DNA of 64,000 nt, taken from NCBI RefSeq assembly GCF_018977255.1, contig NW_024704749.1, positions 7,998,001 through 8,062,000 on the forward strand. The letters are read 5' to 3'. Source of the DNA: Callorhinchus milii (lineage: Eukaryota). Below are positions 1-13,568 of the stretch, in pieces. The position numbers were made by a program, and so were the translations under genes. The notes beneath the pieces were generated by a model. That model did not search any database, had not been told where the DNA came from, and was given only the letters and a program-made list of their open reading frames with translations. Position 1 is the first letter of the stretch. Each line of letters starts with the position of its first letter.

Positions 1-256
1 GTGCGTCTCTGTAATGTAGTGTGTGTGTGTGAGTGAGAGCGGTGCTGTGTGTGTCTCTGTAATGTAGTGTGTGAGTGAGTGAGAGCGGTGCTGTGTGTGT
101 CTCTGTAATGTAGTGTGTGTGTGTGAGTGAGTGCGGTGCTGTGTGTGTCTCTGTAATGTGTGTGTGTGTGTGAGTGAGTGAGAGCGGTGCTGTGTGTGTC
201 TCTGTAATGTAGTGTGTGTGTGTGAGTGAGTGAGTGAGAGCGGTGCTGTGTGTGTG
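1..256. repeat. ~40-nt TG-rich minisatellite
   Basis: gagcggtgctgtgtgtgtctctgtaatgtagtgtg... about 5 times. Confidence 0.9.
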
Positions 257-804
257 CGCTCTGTGATTCAATCCCACATCCACCACAAACAGGACTTTGT
301 ACGGATGTGGCTCGTTGTTCCGGGCTACTGATTGAGAGGAAAGTGAGAGCTGCCACTGCCGTGTCTGCCCTCAGCACAAACCCCGGGGATCAGTCTCTCC
401 CCACCATTATCAGAGCCACTCACTCCCGTCTGCCCTTTACTGGGGGCTCAGGGGAAACCACCGCCAACGTGGGGGGGGGGGGGGGGGTTGTTGTGGGTGG
501 TGGGGGGGGGGCAGGCAGACAGACTGCTGCTATGGAGATCTGGCACGATGCCCCTCGCCTGCGATGGGCACAGTGTGAGTGGGTTACAGAGGAATGCCAG
601 CTGGTGGGAAAGTCACAATGACTCATTGTCCATCAGGGTCCAGGTCCCTTGTCCTTATGCATCTGTGTGTATGTGTGTGTGCGTCTGTGTGTGTACACAT
701 ATCTCTGTGCCTCTGTTTGTGTCCACGTGCATGTGTATTTGTGGGTGTATATCTGTTTGTGTACGTCTGTGTGAATGTGTGTGGACACAGCGACTAATTA
801 TCGG

Positions 805-1070
805 CTGCAAAACGCAAAATACTACAGATGCAGGAAATCTGAAACAAAAACAGAAGTCGCTGGGAACACTCGCTCAGCAGGTCAGGCAGCATCTATGGAG
901 AAAGGAAAGTGAGTCAAGGTTTCGGGTCCACGGCCCCTCGTCAGAACTGGGGCATGTTGGGAGGGAGAGGGTTTCAAGGGCGAACGGAGAGGGGTGGGGG
1001 GAAAGGCAGAGCAAGGAAGACAAAGGAGAAAATGGGGTAGAGGACAAGGGAGGATGGGTTAAAGAGGTGT
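805..1070 (-). mobile_element. Penelope-like terminal repeat remnant (related copies at 21700-21890 and 38935-39040)
   Basis: Shared motif cagcaggtcaggcagcatct...gtttc.ggtc...tcag; the minus strand reads CTGANGA...GAAAC. Confidence 0.55.
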
Positions 1071-1628
1071 GAACGATGCAAAGCAAAGCAAAACCGCGTT
1101 CACTCACAAACACGCGGTCCCTCCAATTTGCGGTAAATCCTGTGAGCGTTTTGAGAGGTCCTCCCGCCATGAAACAACAACAACAACAAGATAAAGGCGC
1201 CGTGTCAAATGATTGCATCAATTAATGATGATGATGATGATGATTATTTTATAGTTATTGTGTGAAGTCCTTCAAACCGGCTCTGGGATTAATTGCCTCT
1301 GTTCGGCTGCACCTGAAACCTGAACGCGTTCAAGGCTGAGACTCGGTGGAATTTTGGCCCTCCCGATTCCATTCATCTTTTCGCTGGGGGAGGGCCAGAC
1401 CGGTTTAACAGCAATTTTCAGTTTATAATGATTAGCACATCGCACAGATTTTTCTTCCTAGGTGTGAGCAAAGGTGTCCTTGTTTCACTTTGAGCTTTCC
1501 TCTTATGCTCTCGCTCGCTCGCTCGCTCGCTCTCAGTTTGACTCTCACACACACACACACACACACACTTTCGTTCTGTCACTCTCGATCACACACTTAC
1601 TCTCACTTTCTCTCTCACACCCGCACAG

Positions 1629-1692
1629 GCTGCCAGCATCAGCAAAGCTATAAATGGGCAGGAGGTACCTGTGAAGGAAAAACACGCCCGCA
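1629..1692 (+). CDS. HIP1R: HIP1R exon 2 ([21 protein letters not shown])
   Basis: cag acceptor; donor GTATCCTT (U12-type). Confidence 0.92.
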
Positions 1693-4600
1693 GTATCCTT
1701 CAACAGCCAACCCTCCTCCCTCTGGTGTTTTGTGTTCGGTTTCGTGGTGTGTGCGTGCGTGTGCGTTCAGGGATTATGGGTGTGACATTGAACTGCTCGT
1801 GACGTCTGGTGACCTTTGTGATAAGGATTGACTACAGAATGTGTGAGAGAGTGAGCGTGGGGGGGAGAGAGAGCGCGGGGGGAGAGAGAGCGCGGGGGGG
1901 AGAGAGAGCGTGGGGGAGAGAGAGAGCGTGGGGGGGAGAGAGAGCGTGGGGGAGAGAGAGAGCGTGGGGGAGAGAGAGCGTGGGGGGGAGAGAGAGCGCG
2001 GGGAGAGAGAGCGCGGGAGAGAGAGAGCGTGGGGGGAGAGAGAGAGAGCGTTGGGGGAGAGAGAGAGCGTGGGGGAGAGAGAGAGCGTGGGGGGAGAGAG
2101 TGAGCGCGGGGGAGAGAGTGAGCGCGGGGGGGAGAGAGTGAGCGCGGGGGGGAGAGAGTGAGCGCGGGGGGGAGAGAGTGAGCGCGGGGGAGAGAGAGAG
2201 CGTGGGGGAGAGAGAGAGAGAGAGATTGAATGGGCGCGTCAAGAGAGAGAATGAGCGTGAGGGAGTGACCGTGTGAGAGGAAGCGAGAGAGCGAGAGATT
2301 GAATGGGAGTGCCGGGAGAGAGAGAATGAGTGTGTGAGAGTGTGTGCGCGCGTGTGTGAAGAGAGTGTGTGCAGGACGAGAGTTAGTGTGTGTCTGATCA
2401 GAGTGCGTGCGTGCGTGCGTGCGTGAGAGAGAGAGAGAGAGATTGTGTGGGGAGCCTGAGAGGATGAAATCAGATGGTCAAAGGGTGGGGTGGGGTTTAC
2501 TCCCCCCGCCGCGAGGCTCCTTGACGAGGCTGAAGGAATCATCCTGGGGACTCACCACGAGAAAGGTGCCTTCACCTTCTGGTCCTACGCCATCGGGCTG
2601 CCTCTGTCCAGCAGCTCCATCATGAGCTGGAAGTTCTGCCACGTTCTCCACAAGCTGCTGCGGGACGGTCACCCCAACGTGAGTGCCGACGGCAAACACC
2701 CCGTCACCGGGCCGGTAAAACACAAGCCCCGCTCCGACCCCGGCTCACGCCGCCTGTCGGAGGGTCGACAGTCCGACTCTCGAGGGGGAAATTGGCTTCA
2801 CGTCGCTCAGAAGCGACGCTCGGCCGGTTATCCCCGGGGTAACGCCCCCCCCCACCCCGTGTTGCCCCCCCCCCCCCACACCCCTGCTCTCCACCATTGG
2901 AGGTCAGGCCTTCAGTCTCTCTGCCCCGCACCCTTTGGAACTCCATCCCACACTCCCCGCGCCTCACCCCCTTCCTTCCTCCCTCATCTCCGAGGCTCGC
3001 CTACTCTTCGACCGCGCTTTCGGTCACTCTTCTACCCCCACCCTCCTCGCCCTCCACTCCTCTGGATGCCAACCCCCCCCTCCCCCACCCCCACCCACAA
3101 CTCGGGTGCAAACCCATTGACCGTCCTCCTGAAGTCCCGGGGGCGCTGGACCGGCCCTGCGGACATGTATGTCATTGGTTGTAATTTGACGACAGGAAAC
3201 CTCTCGCTTTTTTTCAGGTCCTGCAAGACTGTACGAGGCACAAGAGCAACATCCGGGAGATGGGGAACCTGTGGGTGAGGAGAGAGGCCATGTGGGATGT
3301 GGGGGTGCGGGTGGGTGGTTGGGGCGTGTTACAGTTCGGGCCCAGGATTTCCAAAGGGAATGTGGCGGAGGTGATGTGGAGAGCGGGTCTTAAAAGGGGA
3401 CGCTCCACCTGTTGAGTTGTGTCGTGTGTTATTACAGGGTCACATGCACGATCGGTACGGACAGTTGGCCAGCGCCTATGTCCAGCTCCTCAACACCAAG
3501 ATGGACTTTCACAGAAAGGTGCGGGAGTGGGGGTGGGCTGGGAGGGGGGTGTGTGTGGGGTGGAGTGGCGGGGGGGGGGCAGAGGGGTGTGTGTGGGGTG
3601 GAAGGGCGGGGGGGGCAGAGGAGTGTGTGTGGGGTGGAGTGGCGGGAGGGGGGGCGGAGGGGTGTGTGCGGGGTGGAGTGGCGGCGGGGTGGGGAGGGGG
3701 GTGGAGGGGCGGGGAGGGGGGCAGAGGGCTGTGTGTGGGGTGGAGGGGTGGGGAGGGGGGTGGAGGGGCGGGGAGGGGGGCAGAGGGCTGTGTGTGGGTG
3801 GAGTGGCGGGGGGGGGGGCAGAGGGGTGTCTGTGGGGTGGAGTGGCGGGGGGGGGCAGAGGGGTGTGTGTGGGGTGGTGTGGCGGGGGGGGGCAGAGGGG
3901 TGTGTGTGGGGTGGTGTGACGGGGGGGGGGGGGGCAGAGGGGTGTGTGTGGGGCGGTCCACTCATTCCCTCGCAGAGCCTTCCCGACTGCTGCTCTTGCT
4001 CCTCCCCCGCTGTCGTCTCTCTTCCCCCCCCACACCCTCCGGGCTGGAATGTCGGGCCCCGCCAGTCCACACGAGCTCAGATTCCCGAATGAAGACGTCG
4101 TCCTTCTTTTCCCGCTGTTTTTCTCCCAGCATCCAGAATTCCCGACCAGCCTGGAGGTAACGGACGAGGAGCTGAATAAGGCCTCGGGAACGGACGTGAA
4201 TAATGTGTGAGTGGGGGCGGGGTGTGGGGAGGGCAGGGTGTGGGGGGTGGGGCTCGGTGGGGGAGGGGCTTGGTGGGGAGGGGCATAATGAGGGAGGGGC
4301 TTGGCAGGGTGGGGCATAATGCGGGTGGGGCTTTGTGGGGTGGGGCATAATGGGGCGGGGCTTAGTGGGGGAGGGGCTGCACACTGGGATTCACACTCAG
4401 AAAAGTGACCTGGAAACAAGGTGTGCGTTGCTCACTATAGGAGCCCAGCGGTGACTCTGCTGTGCGTGTGTGTGTGTGCGTCTGTGTGTGTGTGTCTATG
4501 TTTGTGTGTGTCTTTGTGTGTCTGTGCGTGTATCTGTGTGTGTGTGTGCGTGTGTCTGTCTGTGTGTCTGTGTGTGAGTCGGTCCTGAAAACCGTGTAAG

Positions 4601-5331
4601 TGTCTCATCGTCACTCACCGGCTTTGACGGCCCGAACCCTCCGCTTTCTCTTCCTCTCCAGCGCTTTGAGGTCGTTCTGGAGGTAAGATGGCCAGAACTG
4701 ACCCAGACCCCCCCCCTCACTAACCCTCACTGTCCACTCACCCACCTGTCTGAGCACAGCCTGCCCGAGAGGCGCGTGCGTGTGTGTCTCTCTCTCCATT
4801 TGCGTGTGTGTGTGTTTCAGCATGCGTCTGCAGATGGGTGTGCACGTGTCTCTGCACGTTTGTGCGCGTGTGTGTGTGCGTGTGCGTGCGTGTGTGTGGT
4901 GGTGGGGGGTACATGTACATGTCAGTGCTGTGTCACTCACTGCCTTTTCCTGTGTTAGTTTCCAGCTGACAGTGGAGATGTTCGACTACATGGATCGTGA
5001 GCTCAAAGTGGCTGAAGCTGGTGAGTCCCCGGTGTCGTGGCCGGCACTCACCGTCGCCCCCGGGGAGGGAGCCTGTGTTCATTTTTAAACCTCGCTCTCG
5101 TTAGCGTCGCCGGGGAGAGCCTATTTCCGGAATGTTCCAGTTTTTGCCGCTCGCTCCGATCGAAAATACATTAGAATTATATAATTTCAGTGTATTTTCA
5201 CGCCTGGAAACGGTGAAATACGCAGGACAGGTGTGCGTGTGTGGGTGTGCGTGTGTGTGGGAGGAGGGTTGTTGATCCTCTCGGTGTGACAGAGTGTTAC
5301 GCTGTCGCTCTCTCTCACCTGCAGTGTTACC

Positions 5332-5363
<32 letters not shown>

Positions 5364-6618
5364 GTGTTTGGCTCTCTTTCTTTCTTGTCCACAGTGTTAC
5401 GCTCTCTCTCTCTCGCTCTCTCTCTCGCCCGCAGTGTTGCGCGCTCGCTCTCTCTCTCTCTCTCGCCCGTGGTGTTACGCTCGCTCTCTCTCTCTCGCCC
5501 GCAGTGTTACGCTCGCTCTCTCTCTCGCCCACAGTGTTGCCCGCTCTCTCTCTCTCTCATGCCCGCTCTCTCTCTCTTGCCCACAGTGTTACGTTCTCTC
5601 TCTCTCTCGCCCACAGTGTTTCGCTCTCTGGATACCTCCTACGCGGTGTCTCAGACACCCTCGGGTCAGTGTCGCCTGGCACCGCTCATCCAGGTCATCC
5701 AGGACTGCAGCCACCTGTACCACTACACCGTCACCCTGCTCTTCAAGCTCCACTCCTGTAAGTAATGCGGCAGCCACGGCCCCCCCCCCCCCCACCCCCC
5801 ATCTGAGGTCCAGATCAGCCACGGTCTAATTGAATGGCGGAACAGGCTCAAGGGAGCGTCCTCCTGTTCTTATGTAACCTGTGAAGACCACAGTCCAGGC
5901 TGACGCCCGGCGCAGTGCAGAGGGGAGATTGTGATGTGGTTAAACAGTGATCTTGGCTGAGGAGGGGGTGGGGGGGGGGCTGGGGAAGGGTGGGGGAGCT
6001 GGGGAGGGGGTGGGGGGAGGCTGGGGAGGGTTGGGGGGGCTGGGGAGGGGTGGGGGGGGGCTGGGGAGGGGTTGGGGGGCTGGGGAAGGATGGGGGAGCA
6101 GGGGAGGGTGTGGGGAGAGGCTGGGGAGGGGGTGGGGGGCTGGGGAAGGGTGGGGGGAGCTGGGGAGGGGGTGGGAGGGCTGGGGAAGGATGGGGGGAGC
6201 AGGGGAGGGTGTGGGGAGAGGCTGGGGAGGGGGTGGGGGGGCTGGGGAAGGGTGGGGGGAGCTGGGGAGGGGGTGGGGGGAGCTGGGGAGGGGGTGAGGG
6301 CGGCTGGGGAGTGGGTGGGTGGGGGCTGGGGAGGGGGTGGGGGGGGGGGCGGCTGGGACACCCGCAGTCACCAGTGACCTCACGTCAGTGTGCACAACGG
6401 CTGATGTGTCGGTCTTCAGAATAATCACTGCAATCGACAGCCACTGAGTCCCTGAGATATTCTGAGGTGACGATGAGGGGCTATTGGAGGAGGTTTCTTC
6501 TCGTCTCTCTCCGGCTTGAACTCTCGCTGTCTTTCTCTCCTTATCTCTGTCTCTCTCTCTCTCTCTCTCTTTCCCTATCTCTCTCTGTCTATCTCACGCT
6601 TTCATTGTGTTTGTCCCT

Positions 6619-6649
<31 letters not shown>

Positions 6650-9600
6650 CTCTCTCTCTGTCTATTTCTAGCTCTTGTTCTTGCTCGTGGTTGCCCTGCT
6701 CCGGTTAGAGATCCCAGCGGAGCGCGTTACCATGACGGCACAAACTCCGTCACTTTCCGGCACAAAAAGAAAGCGTTGAGAACCCATCAGGCAGCTGACC
6801 CGGCCTCGGTCACGTCCGAGATTAAAGGAGAGAGCTCCAGTGTGTGGGGGGTGTGGGGCGGAGCGAGCACGGACACAAATGGGGGAGGGAAGAGAGATCA
6901 TTAATAATAATAATAATAATAAAAATCTTTGCACTTGCTATAGCGCCTGATCACGGGGTTTAGAGTAGCTCCAGTGTGGGGGGGGGCGAGCACCGGCATG
7001 GATACGATGAAGGCGAACGAGGGAGAGAGAGCAAGGACTAGGGTTAGAGGAGACAGCGACAGTGTGGGGGGGTGGGGGAGTGTGTGTGTGTGTGTGTGTG
7101 TGTGGGGAGATCGAGCACCAGCACGGACGCAACGCTCATTACCCAACCCGATGTGCAGGCACTAACGAGGGTTGACGCCAGTGGGGATCGCCCTCACTAA
7201 TTTACACGTTACACATCAACAGCAAACACGTCGTTAACCAAACAGCTTTGGTAACGCCTGGTTTAATGAGGCTCGGTTTTATCTGAGGTGGATTGTCGGC
7301 CGGGACAGGGAGGCGGGAGATCTTTATTTTTATTTATTTAGAGATTTTTCTCTCTCTCTCTCCCTCTCTCTCTCTTCCCCCCCCCCCCCCCCCAGGTTTA
7401 CCAGCCGACACATTACAAGGCCACCGTGATCGTTTTTATGAAGAATTTCGCAGGTACTGAGGGCCCCAAGGACTGTGAACGTGGAGAGGAGGGAGGGGTG
7501 GTGGGGCTGGGGCCGTGGGTGGGGGCTGGGGGGGGGGGGGGGGGGTTGGGCAGGGGGACGCGCGGGGTAGGAGAGATGGAGTAAAAGGCGGTCAAAGAAA
7601 CACATCTTGGGGAGGGAGTCTGAATGTTGGGAGGGAGAGCACGGGGCTTATTATTGAAGGGGCTTCCTCCTCCCCCACCCCCCTCCCACTGCCACCGAGG
7701 GGGTCATTAATCGCTGTGGTTTTGTTACAGCCTCAAGACCTTCTTCAGCCGATCGCGGGACCTGCTCTACTTCAAGCGGTTGATCCAGATCCCAAAGCTG
7801 CCCGAGGTGGGGTTTTACCCCCTCCATTACCCCCCTCATCCCCCCTCCCCGCCCCTCCACGCTAATGTGAAGCGCTCTGCGACGTGCTCCCAGTGTTAAA
7901 AGGCGGTGGGTGAATGCCAACATAAGAATGTGCGAGACCAAAGGAGACCCAAGGTCCATCCAGGTCGACCTTCCACCCCCCCCTCCCCCCGGCAGTCGCC
8001 TGCGCACGTCGTGTCCCAAACCGTGTCCGGAGATATTATTTCCTGAGAGAAATCAATCTCGTTTGCTTTTGGAAGAATCGGCGCTTTCTGCTTCCGCCGT
8101 CTCCCCGGGGGAAGCCTGTTCCGATACCTTCACTGCTCGCTCACTCGCTGCAGTGGTGTTTCCTGCAGATTGGGCTTGAATTTCATCCTCAGATAAAGAT
8201 CTACACTGTCTACTCCCTTTAGAATCTCAAAATGTGCTGCATTAGAGACCCCCCCCTCCCCCCCGCCCTCCTCCTCCTTCCCCCGCCCTCCTCCTCCCCC
8301 CCGCGCTCGCTCTCCCTCTGTCCCCGTCAGTCACTGTGTGTTGCTCTGAGGCTCTGGTCCTGCCTGAGTGACGCTGTTGTCGTTGTGCGTGCCCGGTGTC
8401 ACCCCGTCTCCTGTTTTCCCGGCAGGAACCCCCCAACTTCCTGCGGGCCTCAGCGCTGGCCGAGCACGTCAAGCCCGTGGTCATCATTCCCGACGAGGAG
8501 GCCCCGGCCGAAGAGCCCGAGGAGCAGCCCAGCACCGCCTCCGAGGCCCAGGTCAGAGCCAGCGTTCCCGCCGGGAAACTGCCGGGAAAAACACCGACCG
8601 GCGTTGGTTTGGGGTGTTCGGGTGGGGGTGGGGGGAGGGCCGGGGGAGGGGACTGTCCACTCCTGAGTAATCACTAGTTGCAGTTGGTCAAAAAGTCAAG
8701 TCAACGAGCCGCAGCTCTACCGGCCCCGGTTAGCGGATTCCCTCACTTGTTGGTGGTGATCGGCTGTTAAAGATCCCGGTGCTGTTGGGACAAGAGAATG
8801 GAAGACTGTCTCTCTCCCTCTCACCCTCCCCCCCCCCACCAACCCCCCCGGCCATCAATCCCCTTGCAAAGATGTCCGTCGCTGTGCACAAAACCGGATA
8901 CCATGTTACACCTGTAAAATGCGCAGTCACTACACTTCACAGCGAGATCCTCTGAGATGTCCGTCCGGCGTGAGAAGGCGCCGTATCCAGTGGAAGGTTT
9001 GTTGTGTGCGGCTGTGGTGCGGCTCAGTTCAGTAGTGCGGAGCCCTGTGTCTCTGTCTCTGACACTGTGTGTCTGAGCTGTGTCTGTGTCTCTGTCTCTG
9101 ACACTGTGTGTCTGAGCTGTGTCTGTGTCTCTGTCTCTGACACTGTGTGTCTGAGCTGTGTCTATGTCTCTGTCTCTGACACTGTGTGTCTGAGCTGTGT
9201 CTGTGTCTCTGTCTCTGACACTGTGTGTCTGAGCTGTGTCTATGTCTCTGTCTCTGACACTGTGTCTGAGCTGTGTCTGTGTCTCTGTCTCTGACACTGT
9301 GTGTCTGAGCTGTGTCTATGTCTCTGTCTCTGACACTGTGTGTCTGAGCTGTGTCTATGTCTCTGACTCTGACACTGTGTGTCTGAGCTGTGTCTATGTC
9401 TCTGTCTCTGACACTGTGTGTCTGAGCTGTGTCTATGTCTCTGTCTCTGACACTGTGTGCCTCCCCTCACAGACCCTGGTGGATCTTGACATCTTTGACG
9501 CCACCTTTGGGCCCCCGACCAACAACGGATTTGTCAAAGACGACCGGTGAGCGGCTATAAAGTATTTTTATAAGTGTCTGTGTACATGGAGTACGTGGAG

Positions 9601-12600
9601 TCCTGTAGCTCAGTGGTTAGAGCACTCGCTTTGCAAGCGAGAGACCTGAGTTCAATCCCAGGCAGAGGGCGAAACCTTGGGCAAGTTTCCTTACTCCACA
9701 CAGAGCCTAATAATAATCCCACAAAAAAACAAAAACAATAATAAATTGGTCCTTTTTAATCTACGACTGTTTGTGGGACATTGCTGTGCGCAATCGGCTG
9801 CCGCGTTCGCCCACAAATATACAGTCAATTCACTGTACAGTGTGTTCTGTGAAGCGCTTTGGGACGTCCTCCCGAAGTGAAAAGCGTTATATCAAATGCA
9901 AGGATTATTATTATTATTATGGGTCTGTGGGCGAGTCCCTCATCTCTGGGGCTGAAGGTGCAGGCGTGTGTGCATGTCTGTGCTCATGTGCGACTGTCTG
10001 TACTCGTATGTGCTTATGGGTATACGCCTGTGCTTGTTTGTGTGCACTTGTGTGTCTGTGTGTGTGTGTATGAGTGGGGGGGGGGGGCGGAGATTTACAC
10101 TATTCTCACACGGTTCCCTGTGTGTGTGATCTCCGACAGTGACCTGCAGATCGAGAAGCTGAAACAGGAAGTGGAGCAGTTGCGAGCGGAGCTGGAGGCG
10201 GTGAGGTCTGAGGTGAGACTGGACGGGGACTTGACAGTAACATCAGGGATGAATGAGATCCTGGATAGATTCCGGTCCTTTCTATCAACCTTCGTGTTCC
10301 TGGTCCAAGTTGTTGTTGTTGTGAATCAGTTGCACAGCGCACACTCTGGGGTCCTCTTCTCCAATTTCCCCACCACCCCACTCACCCACCACCCCGACCC
10401 CCACCCGCGGAACTCTCAGGCTGGTTTGGAGACTATTAATCACAGCAACGGGTGTCAGACATACCGAGCAGGGCTAGGCTGGGCTATGCTGGGCTATGCT
10501 GGGCTGGGCAGGGCTGGGCTATGCTGGGCTGGGCTGGACTATGCTGGGCAGGGCTGGGCTGAGCTATGCTGGGCTATGCTGGGCTGGGCAGGGCTGGGCT
10601 ATGCTGGGCTGGGCTGGACTATGCTGGGCAGGGCTGGGCTGGGCTATGCTGGACTGGGCTGGACTATGCTGGGCAGGGCAGGGCTGGGCTATGCTGGGCT
10701 ATGCTGGGCAGGGCTGGGCTATGCTGGGCAGGGCTGGGCTATGCTGGGCAGGGCTGGGCTATGCTGGGCAGGGCTGGGCTATGCTGGGCAGGGCTGGGCT
10801 ATGCTGGGCAGGGCTGGGCTATGCTGGGCTGGGCTGGGCTATGCTGGGCAGGGCTGGGCTATGCTGGGCAGGGCTGGGCTATGCTGGGCAGGGCTGGGCT
10901 GGGCTATGCTGTGTTTGTGCTGAGTCGAGCTGAGCTGTTGTGTGTCTGTGCCCCCAGGCCCAGAGGTATATCACGCAGCTGAAAGCACAGATTAACACAC
11001 TGGAGACGGAGCTGGAGGAGACGCGGAAGCTCAAACAGAAGGCTCTGGTGGACAACGAGGAGCTTCGTGTGGAGCTGGAGAAGCTGCGGGGAGAGAGGAG
11101 CCACTCGGAGCGAGCACAGCTGTCCCTGGTGGAGGCCGAGAGTGAGTCTCACTGGCCTCACCTACCCCCCTCCCCCACCACCCCCCACAACCCGCAACAC
11201 TCCTCCCGCCCCCCGCAACTGACAGCCCAGCCTCCCAGACTCCCTCGGCACGGTGGCGGGTTTCCGTGTGTGTCACATATCCGGCTGATCACGGTGACAG
11301 GTTTCCGTGTGTGTGTGTCAGACACCCGGCTGATCACGGTGACAAGTTTCCGTGTGTGTGTGTCAGACACCCGGCTGGTCACGGTGACGGGTTTCCGTGT
11401 GTGTCTGTGTGTCAGACACCCGGCTGGTCACGGTGACGGGTTTCCGTGTGTGTCTGTGTGTCAGACACCCGGCTGGTCACGAGGACGAGACACCCTGATA
11501 CGATAACCGTACTCTCTAACGGCACAAACGCTTTCACTGTTGGCAGAGAAAGTTCAGGCGAACGAGCAACGATACAACAAACTGAAAGAGAAGCACAGCG
11601 AGCTGGTCAAAACGCACGCCGAGCTGCTCCGCAAGGTAAAGCCCAATAAACCCCCACAGTGGGAATTTGGGGAAGTTTCGGGAACGTTTTTTCCACCATG
11701 TCTGAGATCCCGGGCTCGGTCTGACTGTTTTCCTTTGCTTAGAATCGCACGAGTCACTGTGCTCAGCAACCGGCTCTGGCTCCGGGTGGTGGGGAGGGGG
11801 TGGGGGGGTTGGGGTAGGTGGGGGAGGTTGTGGATTTACCACCACTTACGGCCGCTGATTCCGCAGCAATAGTTTCACTTAGAAGGGAAATGGATAAGTA
11901 GCTGAGCAGTAAATTTGCTTTGAGACGTCTCGAGGAGTGAGGCGCTGTATCAAATACAGATTATTATTGACTGCGTGTGTGTGTGACCGCGTGTGTGTGT
12001 GTGATCCGCAGAGCGCTGACGCCAGCCGGCAGCTGACAGTCTTACAGCAGAGTCAGGAGGAAACGTCACACAGTAAACAGGAGCTGCAGCAAGTCCTGGA
12101 GCAGATGAGGAGCGAGGCCGAGACCAGGGTAAGAGGGGCCACGAGCAGGGCTGAGGGCTGCCGTGTGCCCCCCACCACCCCGGCACTGGGGCTAAAGTCT
12201 TCCCAAACCCTGTGCTCCGTATTCACGACATTCCTCCTGATCCCAAACCACTCCCGCGTCCGATAATAATAACAGCAACTTGCATTTGTATAGTGGTGCT
12301 CACACATGGTAACGACTCAGAGCACTTAATAATAATAATCCACTGGCTCCCCATCACCGAACGGCTTCAAGATCCTCCCTCTCGTGTTCAAATCCCTTCA
12401 CTCCCTGGCCCCTCCCTCCCTCTCCAGCCTCCTCGCTCCCCAATCCACCACCCGGCGCCTCCACTCGACTGGCACAGGCCTCCTGCTCGTCCCTCGCACC
12501 CTCCGCCCCACCATCGGAGGTCGCGCTTTCAGCCTCTACTCCCCGAAACTCTGGAACGCTTTCCCTCAATCGCTCCGCCTTGCCCTCCCCCTCCCCTTTT

Positions 12601-13203
12601 TCAAGGCCCACCTGAAGACCTTCCTCTTCGCCCATGCTTACGGCCACCTCTCCCCCAAACCCCCACCCCTGGCTCGGAGTCAGGCTCCTCTGCCGTTAAG
12701 TGCTCTGAGACGCTACCCTGAGCGGAGGGCGCTATATAAGTGCAAGTTGTTGTAATAATAATTCCTTCAAAATAATAACAATCTAAATAATATTGATCCA
12801 TCACCACGTTTGGTGCGACATCTTCTCTGCTAAGATGGATGGAGATGAATGGATGGATGGATGGATGGATGGATGAGGTGGAAGTCACTGGTATCAGACA
12901 TTGTTACACTCGACTCTGCAACTGGAAAGAAAAAAAACACACCGCGGGGTGGGTAACGGGACTTTGTGAACACCCTGCATATCACCCTCCCCCACCCCCT
13001 CCCCACTCTCTCCGCAACCTGTTGGGGTGATTTGGTGATTCTCTTGACGGTCGTGAACCTGCTCTCAGTCAATTACAGCCCCTGTGGTTCAATTCGCTGA
13101 GGTTGTGTGTCACACGACGCCACCTGGTTGGGTCAGGGTCCTCATGACACCGAGCACTTGGGCATTGTGTAGCTTAAAGTTTGCGTGTGTGACAGTGATC
13201 TCT

Positions 13204-13241
<38 letters not shown>

Positions 13242-13535
13242 GTGTCTTTCTCTCTCTCTGTATTTCTCTCTCTGTCGCTCTCTCTGTGTCTTGCTCTCTC
13301 TGTCTCACTCTGTGTCTTTCGCTCTCTGTCTCTGACTCTTTGACTGTGTGTGTGTGCGTGTGTGTCTCTCTCTGCCTTGCTCTCTCTGTCGGTCCCTCTC
13401 TCTTATGTCGGTGTGTCTTGCTCTCTCGCTCTCTACCTCAATCCTTCTCTCTCACAGTCTCTCTCCCTCTCTCTCTCTCACACACACTGTGTCTCGCTCT
13501 GTCCCTCACTCTCACACACACTCTCTGTCTCTGTG

Positions 13536-13568
<33 letters not shown>

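Noticed and set aside
1462-1473. Possible 12-nt microexon in HIP1R intron 1
   Set aside because: Weak donor (gtgtcc) and an in-frame TGA.
1832-6424. Long Pro/Gly/Ser-Leu-rich ORFs on both strands
   Set aside because: They arise from stop-poor low-complexity repeats.
6671-6840. Possible extra exon in intron 8
   Set aside because: No convincing donor and no HIP1R similarity; exons 8 and 9 already join in frame.
9047-9458. CRISPR-like 36-nt periodicity
   Set aside because: Head-to-tail repeats with no unique spacers, inside a vertebrate intron.
9596-9670. tRNA-Ala(TGC)-like sequences (also at 39344, 44745, 63012)
   Set aside because: They are SINE heads that run directly into SINE core and tail; no proper acceptor stem.
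10470-10910. GGGCT/GAGCT pentamers resembling immunoglobulin switch regions, and a 354-aa ORF
   Set aside because: Short intronic minisatellite with no Ig genes nearby; the ORF is a repeat artefact that overlaps only exon 13.
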